A DNA stretch of 61,545 nt, counting the filler, from Sphacelaria rigidula (Eukaryota), in the NCBI GenBank assembly GCA_964200075.2. It is 7 parts of 7 records of this genome, joined end to end, with 100 filler letters (N's around TTAATTAATTAA, not from the genome) between each part and the next. Parts side by side here need not be neighbours in the genome. Positions count along the whole stretch, not along the records: positions 8,808 to 17,514 come from CAXNAA020010316.1; positions 17,615 to 26,321 come from CAXNAA020010317.1; 5 more parts are not named here. One strand, 5' to 3'. A program made the translations under genes and the position numbers. Each line of letters opens with the position of its first letter. Within the stretch, counting starts at the first letter, position 1. The notes beneath the pieces were generated by a model that saw nothing but the letters and a program-made list of their open reading frames with translations, did not search any database and was not told the DNA's origin. This document shows positions 10,276 through 23,200 of this stretch, one piece after another.

Positions 10276-12929
10276 CTCCTGCGTCCCCCGTCCCCGGGAG
10301 TTCTGTTATGCCTTGTGTCGGCACCGCATTTATGGTACCAACAATCGTTTCTGACCAATTGTTCATCAGCCCTCCAGTGACCAATGGATGTGCACCCGCC
10401 TTCCTTGACCCATGGCAAGAGGCTGCTGCACACGTGGGCTAAAAATCCTGGTGCAGAAAACTCGGGCTAATCGCCCATGTGCACCTAGAGCATAACCTAC
10501 GCCTACAGTCTCCTACAGAATCCCGCGTGACTGACAACAGACAAAGACTCGGAGCAATTAGCATGGGTGGGAAAGAGCGGGAATATGCTTGAAGGGTTTC
10601 CACTAGGCCAGCACGACGCGAACTGCATTTTCAACACTATAATACCCACGTACCAAGCTTTTTTGTACGCGGGTGCCTGGTATGCTACATACACTTGCCA
10701 TATCGCATATCCCCACCGTTCATGAGCGCCGGCAATTCCGTCGAAGCATGACTGGAAAGAGACAAAGCTGGTGTATACGTGTGCGCGAGATGCTCTACGA
10801 CTGATTCGATAACCCCCGACAGTCACGGTCGTACGCAAGCGTATTACTTTTGAAATGTATCCATTGTAGTTAAGAAGGAGTATAATCTAAGGGGGGTACA
10901 ATTCCGTCTTGGCTGCTCAATTGGACAACGCCGTCAAGGATTAATCGCCAAGATCGAACGCGAGATGTGCTCCACGTGGCACATCTGGCCTTAAATCTCA
11001 GACAGCGAGCGTCGCCAACGAACATTTTCACAGGTTGTTAGTCAAGGGACATGCGGGGGTTTCCAGGGGGCGTGGTGTGTGTGTGTGACTTTCGACAGGG
11101 GGGTGGGGGTCTGTTCGCGTAACAGCCGAAAAGCTCACCAAGTCAACCATGTGTGATTAGAAGCTTTCCACGGAAAATTATGAGCCAGGAACGAGGCCTG
11201 AGAGGAGGGGAGCAACAATTTTGACCAACCACGGTTATCAAAATGGTACTTCGTTCCCCCACAGATGGACAATAGATGGACTTCTTCGTTGTCTAGCCAT
11301 ATTTCTCATTTCGATGGTGACTAATCAACCATGAATGACATGGGCGCACACAACGTGCTTGTTATTTTTAGTCTGCTCGTGGTCTGTACCACCTGCCCGA
11401 CCCCTCACGTCTTGCCAGTATAGCTTCACACTATCTGTAGTGTTGTGGATCACTGAGGGCATGTATTGGCACATTTTGTTTTGATCGAAAAACAAGAGCG
11501 GTGGGAATTGATTCGAGCGAATCCGTTTATTCTTCGCGAGTTGGGTCCAAGCGATTTCGCAACCTTTCGATGGAAAAAAGACAGCAATTCATGAGGCGGT
11601 ACTCGTTCGCTCGTCTACAGAACAGCGCTCTACTCCTGTCTATACCATCTTCATACAGTACGTCTGGGTGTACATATGTGCTTCGTATGGTAGGATGTGA
11701 AGAAGAAGCGGGCAACGTGCAGTACAGATAGCACAGGACTATCGTTACTTTCCACATTTTGTACACTGCAACGTAAAAAGGACTTGAACAACGTTCAGGT
11801 TTGTACTGCCTGCACTGTCCATGAGCGTGTACGCAAGCCTGTCGCTAACCCCTACTTGAACAAATGATACCCAACTACTGCAGTGTGTCTATCCCTCTAG
11901 TCAACTCGTGCTCTATGCTGCAGGGTTGCTGTTGGCGGAGAATGAGAACGAGCTGTGTGGGGTTCGCATTGTTCTGTGAAGGGGTGGTATCTGGAGTGGT
12001 CGCCTGCAAGATAAGAGTCAAGTGCCCCTTCGTGCCTTCTCTCCGTATGTTTTCGATCGGAAAGCTTAGCTTAGGTACGTTTTCCCTCCTGTTCGCGAGC
12101 CACCAATCATAAAAAAAATACTTGAAGCCAGCTAGGAACATAATACTATGGACCTATCAGATCAAAAACTTTTCCAAGGGAGGACAGCGATGGCGCGTCC
12201 AGAGCGTCAGTGTCTGTTTTTTTGGTCAAACATGTTCAAACACCGTATCTCGAGCACTTTACTCTATAACTAATCTCATTCAAAATTTGAACGAAAGCAC
12301 ACGATAGTGGGCTGAATTTTCTCAAGCCGCCATGAGGAACTAGGTGATAACTTTTACTCGGCACTTTCCTACCGCTCAGGGAGTGTCTGCAACAAAGGAA
12401 TGTCAGCCGTTAATCGAAATCGAGGACAAACAGGGTGTTGTGATTCATCCGCAGCCCTGGGGAGGAATCAAATTGACGTCCATTTCCTGACTCGAATAAA
12501 AGATCTAAAACACTGGCCTGGAATGAAAAATCTCAATACTTCATTGAAAATGTCGAGTCGAGCAGACAGTGTGCATGGTCCGTCGGGGCGGGCCGGAAGG
12601 TTCAGGGTTTCGAGGTGGCAACTGTGTGCTCAAGATAGTCTGGTATGCAGCGTCGCGTACAAACACCCACGACAGGACGCGCGCAGATCCGCATAAAAAC
12701 AGAACCATCTGGAATATAATGTGGTATAGCTGAGCGCGTTTGATTCCGTATTGGATGAGTACTAACGATGTGGGCAACAAACAGTACAGTATGTATTTTT
12801 TCCACACCCGCGTATCCAGTTCAGGAACGAGTCGTACGTCATACGTGGCTGGGTGAAAGCTACCGTGATTGGTATTGGGCACTATGGGGCTGTTCAACTC
12901 TCGGTCATCCATTACACTCCTTCGACCGC

Positions 12930-13030
12930 CTGTGGATTGTCAACTGCTGGTTGCTTTGGGCCCGAATCTCAAACATCTCAAAAGCATTTTCGCTGGCGGC
13001 GCCGGACCCAATTGCACTGCGAGCTGGGCC
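12930..13030. repeat. Diverged dispersed repeat shared (inverted) with ~26905-26990
   Basis: aatctca...tca.aagcattttcg....ggacccaa.tgca in both. Translations IGSGAASENAFEMFEIRA and VGSVTSDENASDIYEIEA align. Confidence 0.45.
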
Positions 13031-16000
13031 AGCCTCGAAACGGGTTTAAGCTCTCGAAGGAATATCTCATCGACACAGACGAGCTGGGCCATGAGCCGTA
13101 TATCGTATTAATCGTCTAATCAAGGGGAAGGTGTTCATCCCCTCAAAAAGTCTGGGCCAATGTTTTCTCGTTGATGAAACCCCATGTCTAGTAATTCCTT
13201 TACCGTAGGGAGATATAGTTTATACTAAAATCTATATGAAACACCGAACGATACATTCAGCGAATGGTGTTTTTCGGTGTGGACATTCCCTGGAGCACGG
13301 GGAGACGACAGATACCCTTACTTTAACGTAATTCATCATCTATCTCGGGATATGGCGCACATAAGGTTTTATACTAAAATCAATATATAATGAGCAGAGA
13401 CGCTAGTTGCATAAAATCTGGATACAGTATCGCGTCTCAGTTTTTGAGAGTTGTGCTATGAAATTTCGTACTAGCGTAAACAGAAAAAAACAGCTTCTTT
13501 CGTTTTTATCAATTTTTTTCATCATTTTTTCGTCTTTTTACGGGAGTTTTGAGGAGAAATGGCTCTTGGGCCTTGTCTCGATGTTTTTGCTCAATTTGTA
13601 GAGTTCTGATTTGAACCTCATCGTGGAGTAACCACAGAGGTACGCCGAATAGAAAATAAAATGGGCCTTCTTTTTTTGGGGGGGGGAAAAGGTTCGGGCG
13701 TTCTCGTAAAAAAATGGTCGTTACTGTACTGAAGGGCCTGAAACCGGTGAAATAAATCAATAAATACCAATCTAGCCCACTTGTTTTGGTTCATTATGCA
13801 TTATGATAGCGAGGTCCCACACAAAATTTCAATATTCAAACACTAAACGTGCGCCGGTGAGTGGCCTGCAAAATACTGTTCCGTACTTTTACCAACCCGG
13901 TGACTCGAACGGCCCATTCACCGGTCAATAGGACGCTAACTGATTAGTGCCCTTTAACTCATGAACAATAAAAAAAAATTCGGGTCCACGCATACATTTT
14001 TCTTAATATGCCTATTTAATTGCCCATACCAAATTATGGGGCCCAACTCTGAATATTGGCCGGCGAATGGGCCTGCAAACCCCAAATCCGCCTATAGGCT
14101 GGCCCAGCTCGTCTGGAAGATTGAAAACCGAATTCGATTGTGGATGCATTTTGTGGAGAAACGCCCTCAGTCACCTGCACCGGTCGCTCGAGTGCGCCGT
14201 TGGACCGCGTTACAACGGATATGTGGGTTGTTCGGGGCTAGTTCGGGACTCTGACCCCCTAAAAAACCCTTTCTTAGGCTTATCAGCTCAGTCCAGTGCA
14301 CCGGCCACGCTATTATTCGGGCTTCTGTCTTCGAGACAGCAATCTGGATGTAAATAATCGTACCACATATGAGTCGCACTACTGTACCCTTCACGTGAAA
14401 GGGGGTAGGCACGTATGCAGGTGTACTACGGGTAATCATGTTGAATCTGCACAAGAAACGTGAAATGTGCCTTGTGCCAGGTTGGTGGGGCCTCCAAAAG
14501 TTGCGCAATGCTCTTCAACTCTGGGTGGAGAGAGAAACAAAAAAGGCGAACAGGCAAGGAACGACGGCAGCTTACGCTAAGCAGACGAGTACCGACAGAT
14601 GTCCCCTGTGGTGCACCGGAACACTCACGTTGTCTTGCATGGGCGGCGGAAGAGGTGCAGGGAATGCACCCATGCCAGAAGGTGGCTGGCCCTCGCTTGA
14701 AGCACAGCAGCCCATGATGCGAGGGAGTACCGACCGTTAACACACAGTCAGCCCGATGCCTTCAGCTGCACCCCCTGCGAGTAGCTATCCGTTCGATCAC
14801 AGAACACGCTCACAGCCCCTCCCACGCCCCCACCGTGTCGCCTAGCCAAAGCGTTTTTTTCGCACAAGAGCCCCGGCTAATGTTTTTGATGTGTCAACAT
14901 TCGGCAGCAGGTCGCAAGACGAAGCAGGCAGGGGGCACAACGTGATAGCGAGGATTAAGGATGAGCACCCACTGAACATATCAAATTCAAAGGTGCAACC
15001 CTGAATGCCGCTTGGACAACAGAAATTGCACAGGTGCTTCGCGTAGAAGTGGGTGGCAATAGAGTTGGGACATATGCTTGTTACCATCTGGGATATTTAT
15101 CGGTAGCACGATCAGTGACTCTTTGCCAGGATGCAAACAGCATCCAACATGGTACCTGCTGTCACTGTTGCTGTAGTGTAGGGTAGTGTACTATATGCAG
15201 TGCTGGTACACCAGTATTGCATGCCCGTGGCGGGGCAAAATGTGCAACAATGTCGCGACCTTTCTACTTCTGTATCGTTTGCATTCGTCCATCAGCGCCA
15301 GCGCATGTTGCAGATTGAAAATGAAAAGTGCAATACTTGAATCATACTGAAAGTGTGTTGCGAGCAAAGAGCTCTTACGGGGGCGAGGACATGCGAAACA
15401 GCGCGTCGGCGGCGCGCCTCACCTACTGAAGGAAGCCTGCTTGCTGTTCGACTCTAGACGACATCCCTTATCTCGCCGAAGCGGGGAGTCACATTCAACA
15501 AAAACACAAGCAATGTTGCTGAATACATAGCCAAGTTGGAAAAAAATTGACGGTTTCCGGTTATCCCTCTGAACAATACACTACTCACCCACCTTTCTAC
15601 GCCGTGGTTCCACCCGCCAGAGGCCGCCTAGCTACGGCGGAACACAGTCAACAGGAGAGAGGTTGGTTGTCTCTGGCCTGAAGCTTCAGAAGGGTCATAG
15701 GGTTTGTCATACTCCAGTCAAAACTGGTGAATGACAATGGAACGTAGGAACTACGGGGGTCTGCGGAAGAGAGCAGAGCCCGTGGAGCCAGGGGCTTTGC
15801 AGGCTCGAGTTCTACGCCTTTTGCAAGGGTCCCTTGGAATTCACAGCCACACAAAGTAACATCAGAGGTGCCAGATTTCTCGAGTGGGCTACTTGTGGAT
15901 TGAGAAGTGTAGTATAGCTTCATCTCCACAAGCGTCGTGAGTACTTTTACGGAACAATGTTGCTCAGAGGCCTCTGTTTAGCGGGGGCAGGGGCGACGGT

Positions 16001-18010
16001 GTTTATGGCTGGGGTGGATGGCTTCTATCTTCCGGGAGGAGCGCCCAACTCTTTCAAGGAGGGGGACGAGGTGCGATGCCCGTGCACGAGTGCGTTTTAG
16101 GTTGTCCCGCCATCATCGCACGACAGTAAATATTGAACAATGCAGTGATGCAATTCGTTATGCTGTATAGAGCAGCTTATAGCCCCAGTCAGGCACTTAC
16201 GTTCGATTGTTCTGTCACCTGTTGCTCTTCTCGACGTGGGCAGATCCGAGCGCTCCCCCACCGCGCCCCCCGTCTCCCTTCACTCGCCCAAAGATGTGCA
16301 CGAGATTACACTCGGTCGAAGACGCATCGAACTTTTTGTGCATGAAGCATCGAAAGCATCGACTGTTTTGTAGTCTACTGTATGGTCTGTCTACTGCAGA
16401 TTTTGGTCCTCCTGAACTCGACTCCAACCCCACGGTCGGGTTACGCAATGCCCATGTGCGGTAAGACTAATGCCCTGTACCCGTTCTGGTTCTTTTGGGC
16501 TATGCTACTGCACTGTCTGTACTCCATCGTACCCTCTGTGTACAGTAGTCCATCGCGCGCATCCTGCTGTGCATGTCTTTCTAATACGCTGGACGTATGT
16601 AGAGCGTGTCAAATTTATGCGACTTGTCATATCGAAGTAAATGGTGTCGAAAGAGTCGATTGTTACTGCGACTTCACTACTGTTTGTTGGCGTTCGCTGT
16701 AGACATGGCGTATTCTAGGCTCAGAAGCGGTGAGCGCGCGCGGTCGGCATCTAAATGTGTCGATGTATATGCTTCACTGGGAATGTTCCCAATTTGGTGC
16801 TGAGTAGAGTGCGACAGAGCTTTAGAGTTCCACACAGAGCAAAGGTGAGGGGTTGGCGTCTCGCACCGGCTCGTCGAGGGTTCTTGCTTCCCGTGTTTGA
16901 TCTGTCAGGAACTTCTGGCGAACGAGAGTCGTAAGCGGGAAGACTTCTGTTATTTGCGTGAGTGTGTTGAGTCGTCGAAGGCTGGAGAGAACGGTCACAA
17001 GTGGTGTGCTCGCCATGAGAGAGTATTCGCGAGGGCGCATAACCTCGGACTTGAACAGGCTTGGCCGGGCAGGAAAACTACAGTTTTATATGGCCATATC
17101 TTTAGAATGGCATTGAGTCAGGGCAAGCTGAGCATATCGCTGGAGCTAGTTAAGGCGATCGATCGCGCAGCCGCCCTGCGCAGGAATCCGCCAAATCGGC
17201 GTCGTGAAAGTAATGTCTCCTTGTTTGCGCTTTTTTTTGTATCAGGCTTTTGTGTTGGCTCGTTTGATCCACACCGGAAAACTATTCCGAATTTGCCCAA
17301 TCTTGCTGAGCGTTTGATTCACAGACAAGGAAAGGCAGTGAAGGTATCATCTCATGGTTTTTCGTTGTCCGAAAGCTATATTCGAAACCGAGGGCCCCAT
17401 ATCGGAAAATCCATGCACCACCCCCCCCCCCTACCCGTGGTCGAGAATGAGGAAAATGCCAAATCAATTCGGGAAATACCTCTTTCTTCCTATTTCTCCG
17501 CTAGTATACGGAATNNNNNNNNNNNNNNNNNNNNNNNNNNNNNNNNNNNNNNNNNNNNTTAATTAATTAANNNNNNNNNNNNNNNNNNNNNNNNNNNNNN
17601 NNNNNNNNNNNNNNCTCCCATCCCACGGTATTTCGAGATTTCATTACCTACCCTACTCGCCCAATCCGGTATTTTGAAATATCATACCTACGATACCTAC
17701 GTATACCAGGGTATGGGATACACCGGTAAATACCGGGGGTGCGCTCGGTACGGTACCTTACCTACGGTGCCTGTGAAACGTTTTTTTCCATGAGAGGTTC
17801 GAGCGTTCTCGTAAAAAAATGATCGTTACCATACAAAAACGCCCCCAATCAGTGAAAACTAATAATACCCAACCTCCCCCATTTTTCTGGGTTCATCACG
17901 ACCTAGCAAAGTTCCGCACAAAGTTTCAACCCACAAACACCAAACTTGGGCCGATAAACGGCCTGCAAAATACTGTTCCGAATTTCCACCGCCTCGGTTT
18001 TTCAAAGGTA

Positions 18011-18274
18011 AATTCGCACTTTTTTTCTTGGAGTTGGAAAGTGAAATTTGGTATGGACAATCAACAGGGCATGAAGAAAAGCTGTCTGTGAGGTCCTAAC
18101 GATTTTTTTTCGTGAATTGAGGGCGAAAATCACTTTTGAGGTTCTAGTAAAATGCCCTCAACTCATGAAAAAATGAAAGAAATCGTTGGGACCTCACAGA
18201 CAGCTTTTCTTTATGCCCTGTTGATTGTCCATACCAAATTTCACTTTCCAGCTCCAAGAAAAAAATTGCGAATT
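18011..18274. repeat. Long foldback (about 110-bp arms)
   Basis: ttcttggagttggaaagtgaaatttggtatggacaatcaacagggcat...gctgtctgtgaggtcc pairs with ggacctcacagacagc...atgccctgttgattgtccataccaaatttcactttccagctccaagaa. Confidence 0.9.
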
Positions 18275-18319
18275 CGCCTGCAAAGTACATATCCGCTTGT
18301 AGGCTGGCCCAGCCTGTAT

Positions 18320-18526
18320 TCAGGCCCGTTGACGAGCTGCGGGAAATTTCAGCATATCTTCGATGGAATTTTCTTCCTCCATCGACAGTACATTACCCAG
18401 ACCAACCCTGCCAGCTATGCCCACGCTACCACTGACACGCTTCTGCAGCGAACCAACGGAGATGTCAAAGGTCTTTGCAGCAGCATGGAAGGTCATGCGA
18501 CCGCTGCGTAACGCTTCTGGGTCCAC
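18320..18526 (-). pseudogene. pogo/Tigger-type transposase N-terminal remnant (HTH_psq plus start of CENP-B HTH)
   Basis: ALRSGRMTFHAAAKTFDISVGSLQKRVSG...GRVGLGNVLSMEEENSIEDML fits the psq HTH followed by the 'G...L..EEE..' linker of pogo-family transposases. Confidence 0.7.
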
Positions 18527-18792
18527 CCTTCCTTGTCCTCTGCATGCTTAGCAGCCGATCGACCAAAATGCTCTTTTTGGAGAAAGACACACACGCGCTT
18601 ATTCGCAGTGCTGTGGGATGGTGTTTTTTTCTATGTAAAAGGCATGCGCAGTAGCTCAAAAGAAGTGCCGTGCTCTTGTGCACACGCAGCAAAAACCAGA
18701 ATGGAAAACGATCAATATTTCGCGGAGTTATGGACGATTAACAAAAATAGTTCCTTAATTGGTACTGTCCCGAAATAGGGACGTTTACTCTA

Positions 18793-19243
18793 AACACGGG
18801 ATCATACAAATTGGGGATGGATCTTTAATTGGGGATGGGGAACCCGCATAATTAAAATCTTCGTATCCACACCAAATCTTTGAAATATGGTTCCATTTCT
18901 TCACCTACTGATAGCTATTGACAATTGCTGCACGCCACAGAGATTTGGATTTCGACCACCAAAATATTGGGGTCCTAGGTAAAAAGCCAATTTCGGAACG
19001 ATTTTGGCGTCCGTAGGGACACCCGGAATTCCCCCAAATTGGTTTTTCACCTGGGACCCCCACGTTTCGGTTATCGAAATCCAAATTTCTATGGCGTGTA
19101 GCAGTTGTCAATAGATACCAGTAGGTGAAGAAATGGAGCCATGTTTCGAAGATTTGGTGTGGATACGAAGATTTGAATTCTCCGGGTTTCTCACCCCCAA
19201 TAAAAGATTCATCCCCAATTTAATATTTGTAAGATCCCGTGCT
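18793..19243. mobile_element. Palindromic MITE (~450 bp, ~190-bp TIRs), copy 1
   Basis: Ends aacacgggatc / gatcccgtgct with long self-complementary arms. Flanks tcta / tgta suggest a degenerate 4-bp TSD. Confidence 0.85.
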
Positions 19244-20241
19244 TGTAGCAGCAGTCGTTCATTTGCTCTGCACTCCTTGAACACCTCCGTTCGGGATAAA
19301 TGCCTCAGTCCATCAACTCTCGTGCATGTATCCCAACCCCCGAGGGCAACATTGAGCTCAATCATACTGTAGCGCTCGAACGTATGTGTCTTGTTAGGTC
19401 CAAATCATACCCGATGTACCTTGCCCACGCTCTGCACAACAACATGGCTGACAGCAACGACACGCCGATCTGAGTCTCCGCAGTCGACTGACGAGCTGAT
19501 CGCCCCAGTCAGGCCCTTCAATCCGTGGAAACCCCGGCCACCAAAATGTAGCTCTCACTGCTCGCCAAAGGTAAAAGTTTCGGAGCCCGTTGCAGTTATC
19601 TCTGTGAGGATTGCGAGAGAAAAAGGTACTTGTTCGACGACGACCTGACGCCTGCTTCTTGACTTCACCTCCCCCCCTCCCCCTGATCTCTTCACATGCT
19701 CTGTGCGTGCGCCTCCAAGTAGTTTATTGCTGTTGAATAATATTGAATGTAGTTGACGTGGATGACACGTCTTGGCGTTGGTCCGCGGTGAGGATTCAAA
19801 ACCGCCGACTGTGATTCCAGTTGTATTCGTGAAGATGTGTGTATCATGTAGCTTGAATGCGACGAAACTGACACAATTTTTCGAGTGTTTCTACGATAGT
19901 CCCTCCCCCAAAAGTGTCTGGTTCGGGGAGGCAAAGTCTACACGTGAACCGAAACGAGAAAAAGCCGAGCACAGCGAGCAGCTTGGAATTCCCACGCTTG
20001 GATTCGTTTTCACTAATGTCGCCAATATGAGGCGCTTATTGCAGCCTGAAACCAAACATCAGGCGCCGTATGACCATTTTCTTCGTGACAGTTTTCGGCT
20101 GGTTTTGGGGAAGGGGGGGGGGGGGGTATCGCAGGAAGTGTCTACAGTGAATAATTATTCATGAATTCATGGATGCATGTTTTTTTGTTCAACGTTGATT
20201 AATCTGATAGTCTCTTTTTGTAAGACATGGCCTTGCGCCAT

Positions 20242-23200
20242 CTACGGGGGTTGCGAAAAAACCCGATTTGAGACGTTGCTTGAGGCAGTGGAGAGCTTTT
20301 TTAGAATGGCCTCAATGTCCATTTTCAGCGGCACACACCTCGAGCTTGACGATGCTCTACACCGCGAAAGTGCTCGTACACAAGTGAACCCCACTGTGGC
20401 GCCGGAGGGGAGGTCAATACCGTTCTTTTCGGAGATTGGGTCTTGGAGGTCAAGGCACGGGGGCCGAAAGTTGACCCCTAGCAAGTAGGTCTGCTCTCTA
20501 TCCGTGATATATACAGTAGAATTACTTGTCACAGGTGAACAACCGGCTGTATGTCCCTGCCGGAGGGGAGGTGAATATCGTTCTTGTCGTAGAGCAGGTC
20601 TTGGAGGTCAGGGCACGAGGGCCGAAAGTTGACCCCTGGCAAGTAGTTCTGCTCTCTATCCGTGATACATACAGGAAGAATTACTTGCCACAGGTGAACA
20701 ACCGGCTGTATGTCACCGCCGGAGGGGAGGTGAATACCGTTCGTGTCGGAGATCAGGTCTTGTAGGTCCGGGCACGAGGGCCGGAAGTTGCCCCCTGGCG
20801 AGTAGTTTTGCTCTCTATCGGAGTTACACTCGGTAGGAATTACTTGCCAGAGGTGAACAAGCGGCTGTATGTCCTCACCGCAGGGGAGGTGAATACCGTT
20901 TGTGTCGGACATCAGGTGTTGGAGATCCGAGCACGAGGACCGAAAGGTGACCCCAGGCAAGGACTTCTGCTCTCCATCCGTGATGCATACAGTAAGAATT
21001 ACCTGCCACTGGTGAACAACCGGCTGTATGTCCCCGTCGGAGCGGAGGTGGATATCGTTCTTGTCGTAGAGCAGGTCTTGGAGGTCAGGGCACGAGGGGC
21101 GGAAGTTGAACCCTGACGAGTAGTTCTGCTCTCTATCGGAGTTACACTCGGTAGGAATTACTTGCCACAGGTGAACAACCGGCTGTATATCCCCGTCGGA
21201 GGGGAGGTGAATATCGCTCGTGTCGTAGAGCAGGTCTCGGAGGTCAGGGCACGAGGGCCGAAAGTTAACCGCAGGCAAGTAGTTCTGCTCTCTATCCGTG
21301 ATACATCCAGTAGGAATTACTCGCAACAGGTGAACAATGGGCTGTATGTCCCCGCGGGAGGGGAGGTGAATACCGTTCGTATCGGAGTTAAGGTCTTGAA
21401 GGTCCGGGCACGAGGGCCAGAAGTTGACCCCTGGCAAGTAATTTTGCCCTCTATCGGAGTTACACTTGGTACGAAGTACTTGCCACAGGTGAACAAGTGT
21501 TAGCCGGAGGGGAGGTGAATATTGTTTATGTCGTAGAGCAGGTGTTGGAGATCATCGCACGAGGGCCGAAAGTTGACCTCTGGCAAGTAGGTCTGCTCTC
21601 CATCGGAGCTACAGTTGGTACGAATTACTTGCCACAGGTCAACAACGGGCCGTATGTCGCCGACGGTGTCGCCGACGGAGGGAAGGTGAATATCGTTGTT
21701 GTCGGACATCAGGTCTTCGAGATCACGGCACAAGGGCCGAAAGATGACCCCTGGCAAGTAGGTCTGCTCTCTATCCGTGATACATGCAGTAGGAATCACT
21801 TGCCACAGGTGAACAACCGGCTGTATGTCCCCGCCGGAGGGGAGGTGGATATCGTTCGTGTCGTAGAGCAGGTCTTGGAGATCAGGGCACGAAGGCCGAA
21901 AGATGACCCCTGGCAAGTAGTTCTGCCCTCTATCCGTGATGCATACAGTAGGAATCAATCGCCACTGGTGAACAACCGGCCGTATGTCCCCGCCGGAGGG
22001 GAGATGAATATCGTTGTTGTCGGGGATCAGGTCTTGGAGGTCAGGGCAGGAGGGCCGGAAGTTGACCCCTGGCAAGTAGTTCTGCTCTCTATCCGCGATA
22101 CATACAGTAGGAGTTACTTGCCACAGGTCAACAACCGGCTGCGTGTCCCTACCGCAGGGTAGGTGAATATCGTTGTTTTCGGACATCAGGTCTTGGAGGT
22201 CCGGGCACGAGGGCCGGAAGATGACCTCTGGCAAGTAGTTCTGCTCTTTATCCGTGGTACATCCAGTAGGAAAACTTGACACACACTCAATATTCGGCTC
22301 CTTGTCCAGGCCAGAAGAACCCACAGCTGGATGCCGTTCGTGTCGGGGATCAGGTCTTTTAGGTCCAGGGACGAGCGCCGGGTGTTGACTACAGGCAAGT
22401 AGGTCTGCTTCCTATCGGAGGTACACTTGGTAGGAGTTACTTGCCACAGGTGTACAAGCGGCTGTATGTCCTCGCCGGAGGGGAGGTGAATGCCGTTCGT
22501 GTCGGCGATGAGGCCTTGGAGATCCGGGCACGAGGGCCGAAGGGTGACCCCTGGAAAGTAGTCCTGCTCTCTATCCGTGATACATATAGTAGGAATTACT
22601 TGCGACTGGTGAACAACCGGCTGTATGTCACCGCCGGAGGGGAGGTGAATACCGTTCGTGTCGGAGATCAGGTCTTGGAGATCAGGGCACGAGGGCCGAA
22701 GGGTGACCCCTGGCGAGTAGTTCTGCTCTCTATCCGTGATCCATACGGTAGGAATTACTTGCCACTGGTGAACAACCGGCTGTATGTCATCGCCGGAGGG
22801 GAGGTGAATACCGTTCGTGTCGGAGATCAGGTCTTGGAGGTCAGGGCACGAGGGCCGGAAGTTGCCCCCTGGCGAGTAGTTCTGCTCTCTGTCGGAGTTA
22901 CACTCGGTAGGAATTACTTGCCACAGGTGAACAAGCGGCTGTATGTCCTCACCGGAGGGGAGGTTAACATCGTTCTTGTCGGACATCAGGTGTTGGAGAT
23001 GCGGCCACGAGGGCCGAAAGGTGACCCCAGGCAAGGTGTTCTGCTTCTCATCCGTGATGCACACAGTAGGAATATTTTGCCACTGGTAAACAACGGGCTG
23101 GATGTCCCCGACGGAGGGGAGGTGAATATCGTTCTTGTCGTAGAGCAGGTCTTGGAGTTCAGGGCACGAGGGCCGAAAGTTGACCCCAGGCAAGTAGTTC

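Noticed and set aside
15648-17100. Candidate exons at 15648-15975 (-), 16215-16360 (-) and 16909-17090 (+)
   Set aside because: Plausible acceptors, but no recognisable protein motif or consistent gene model.
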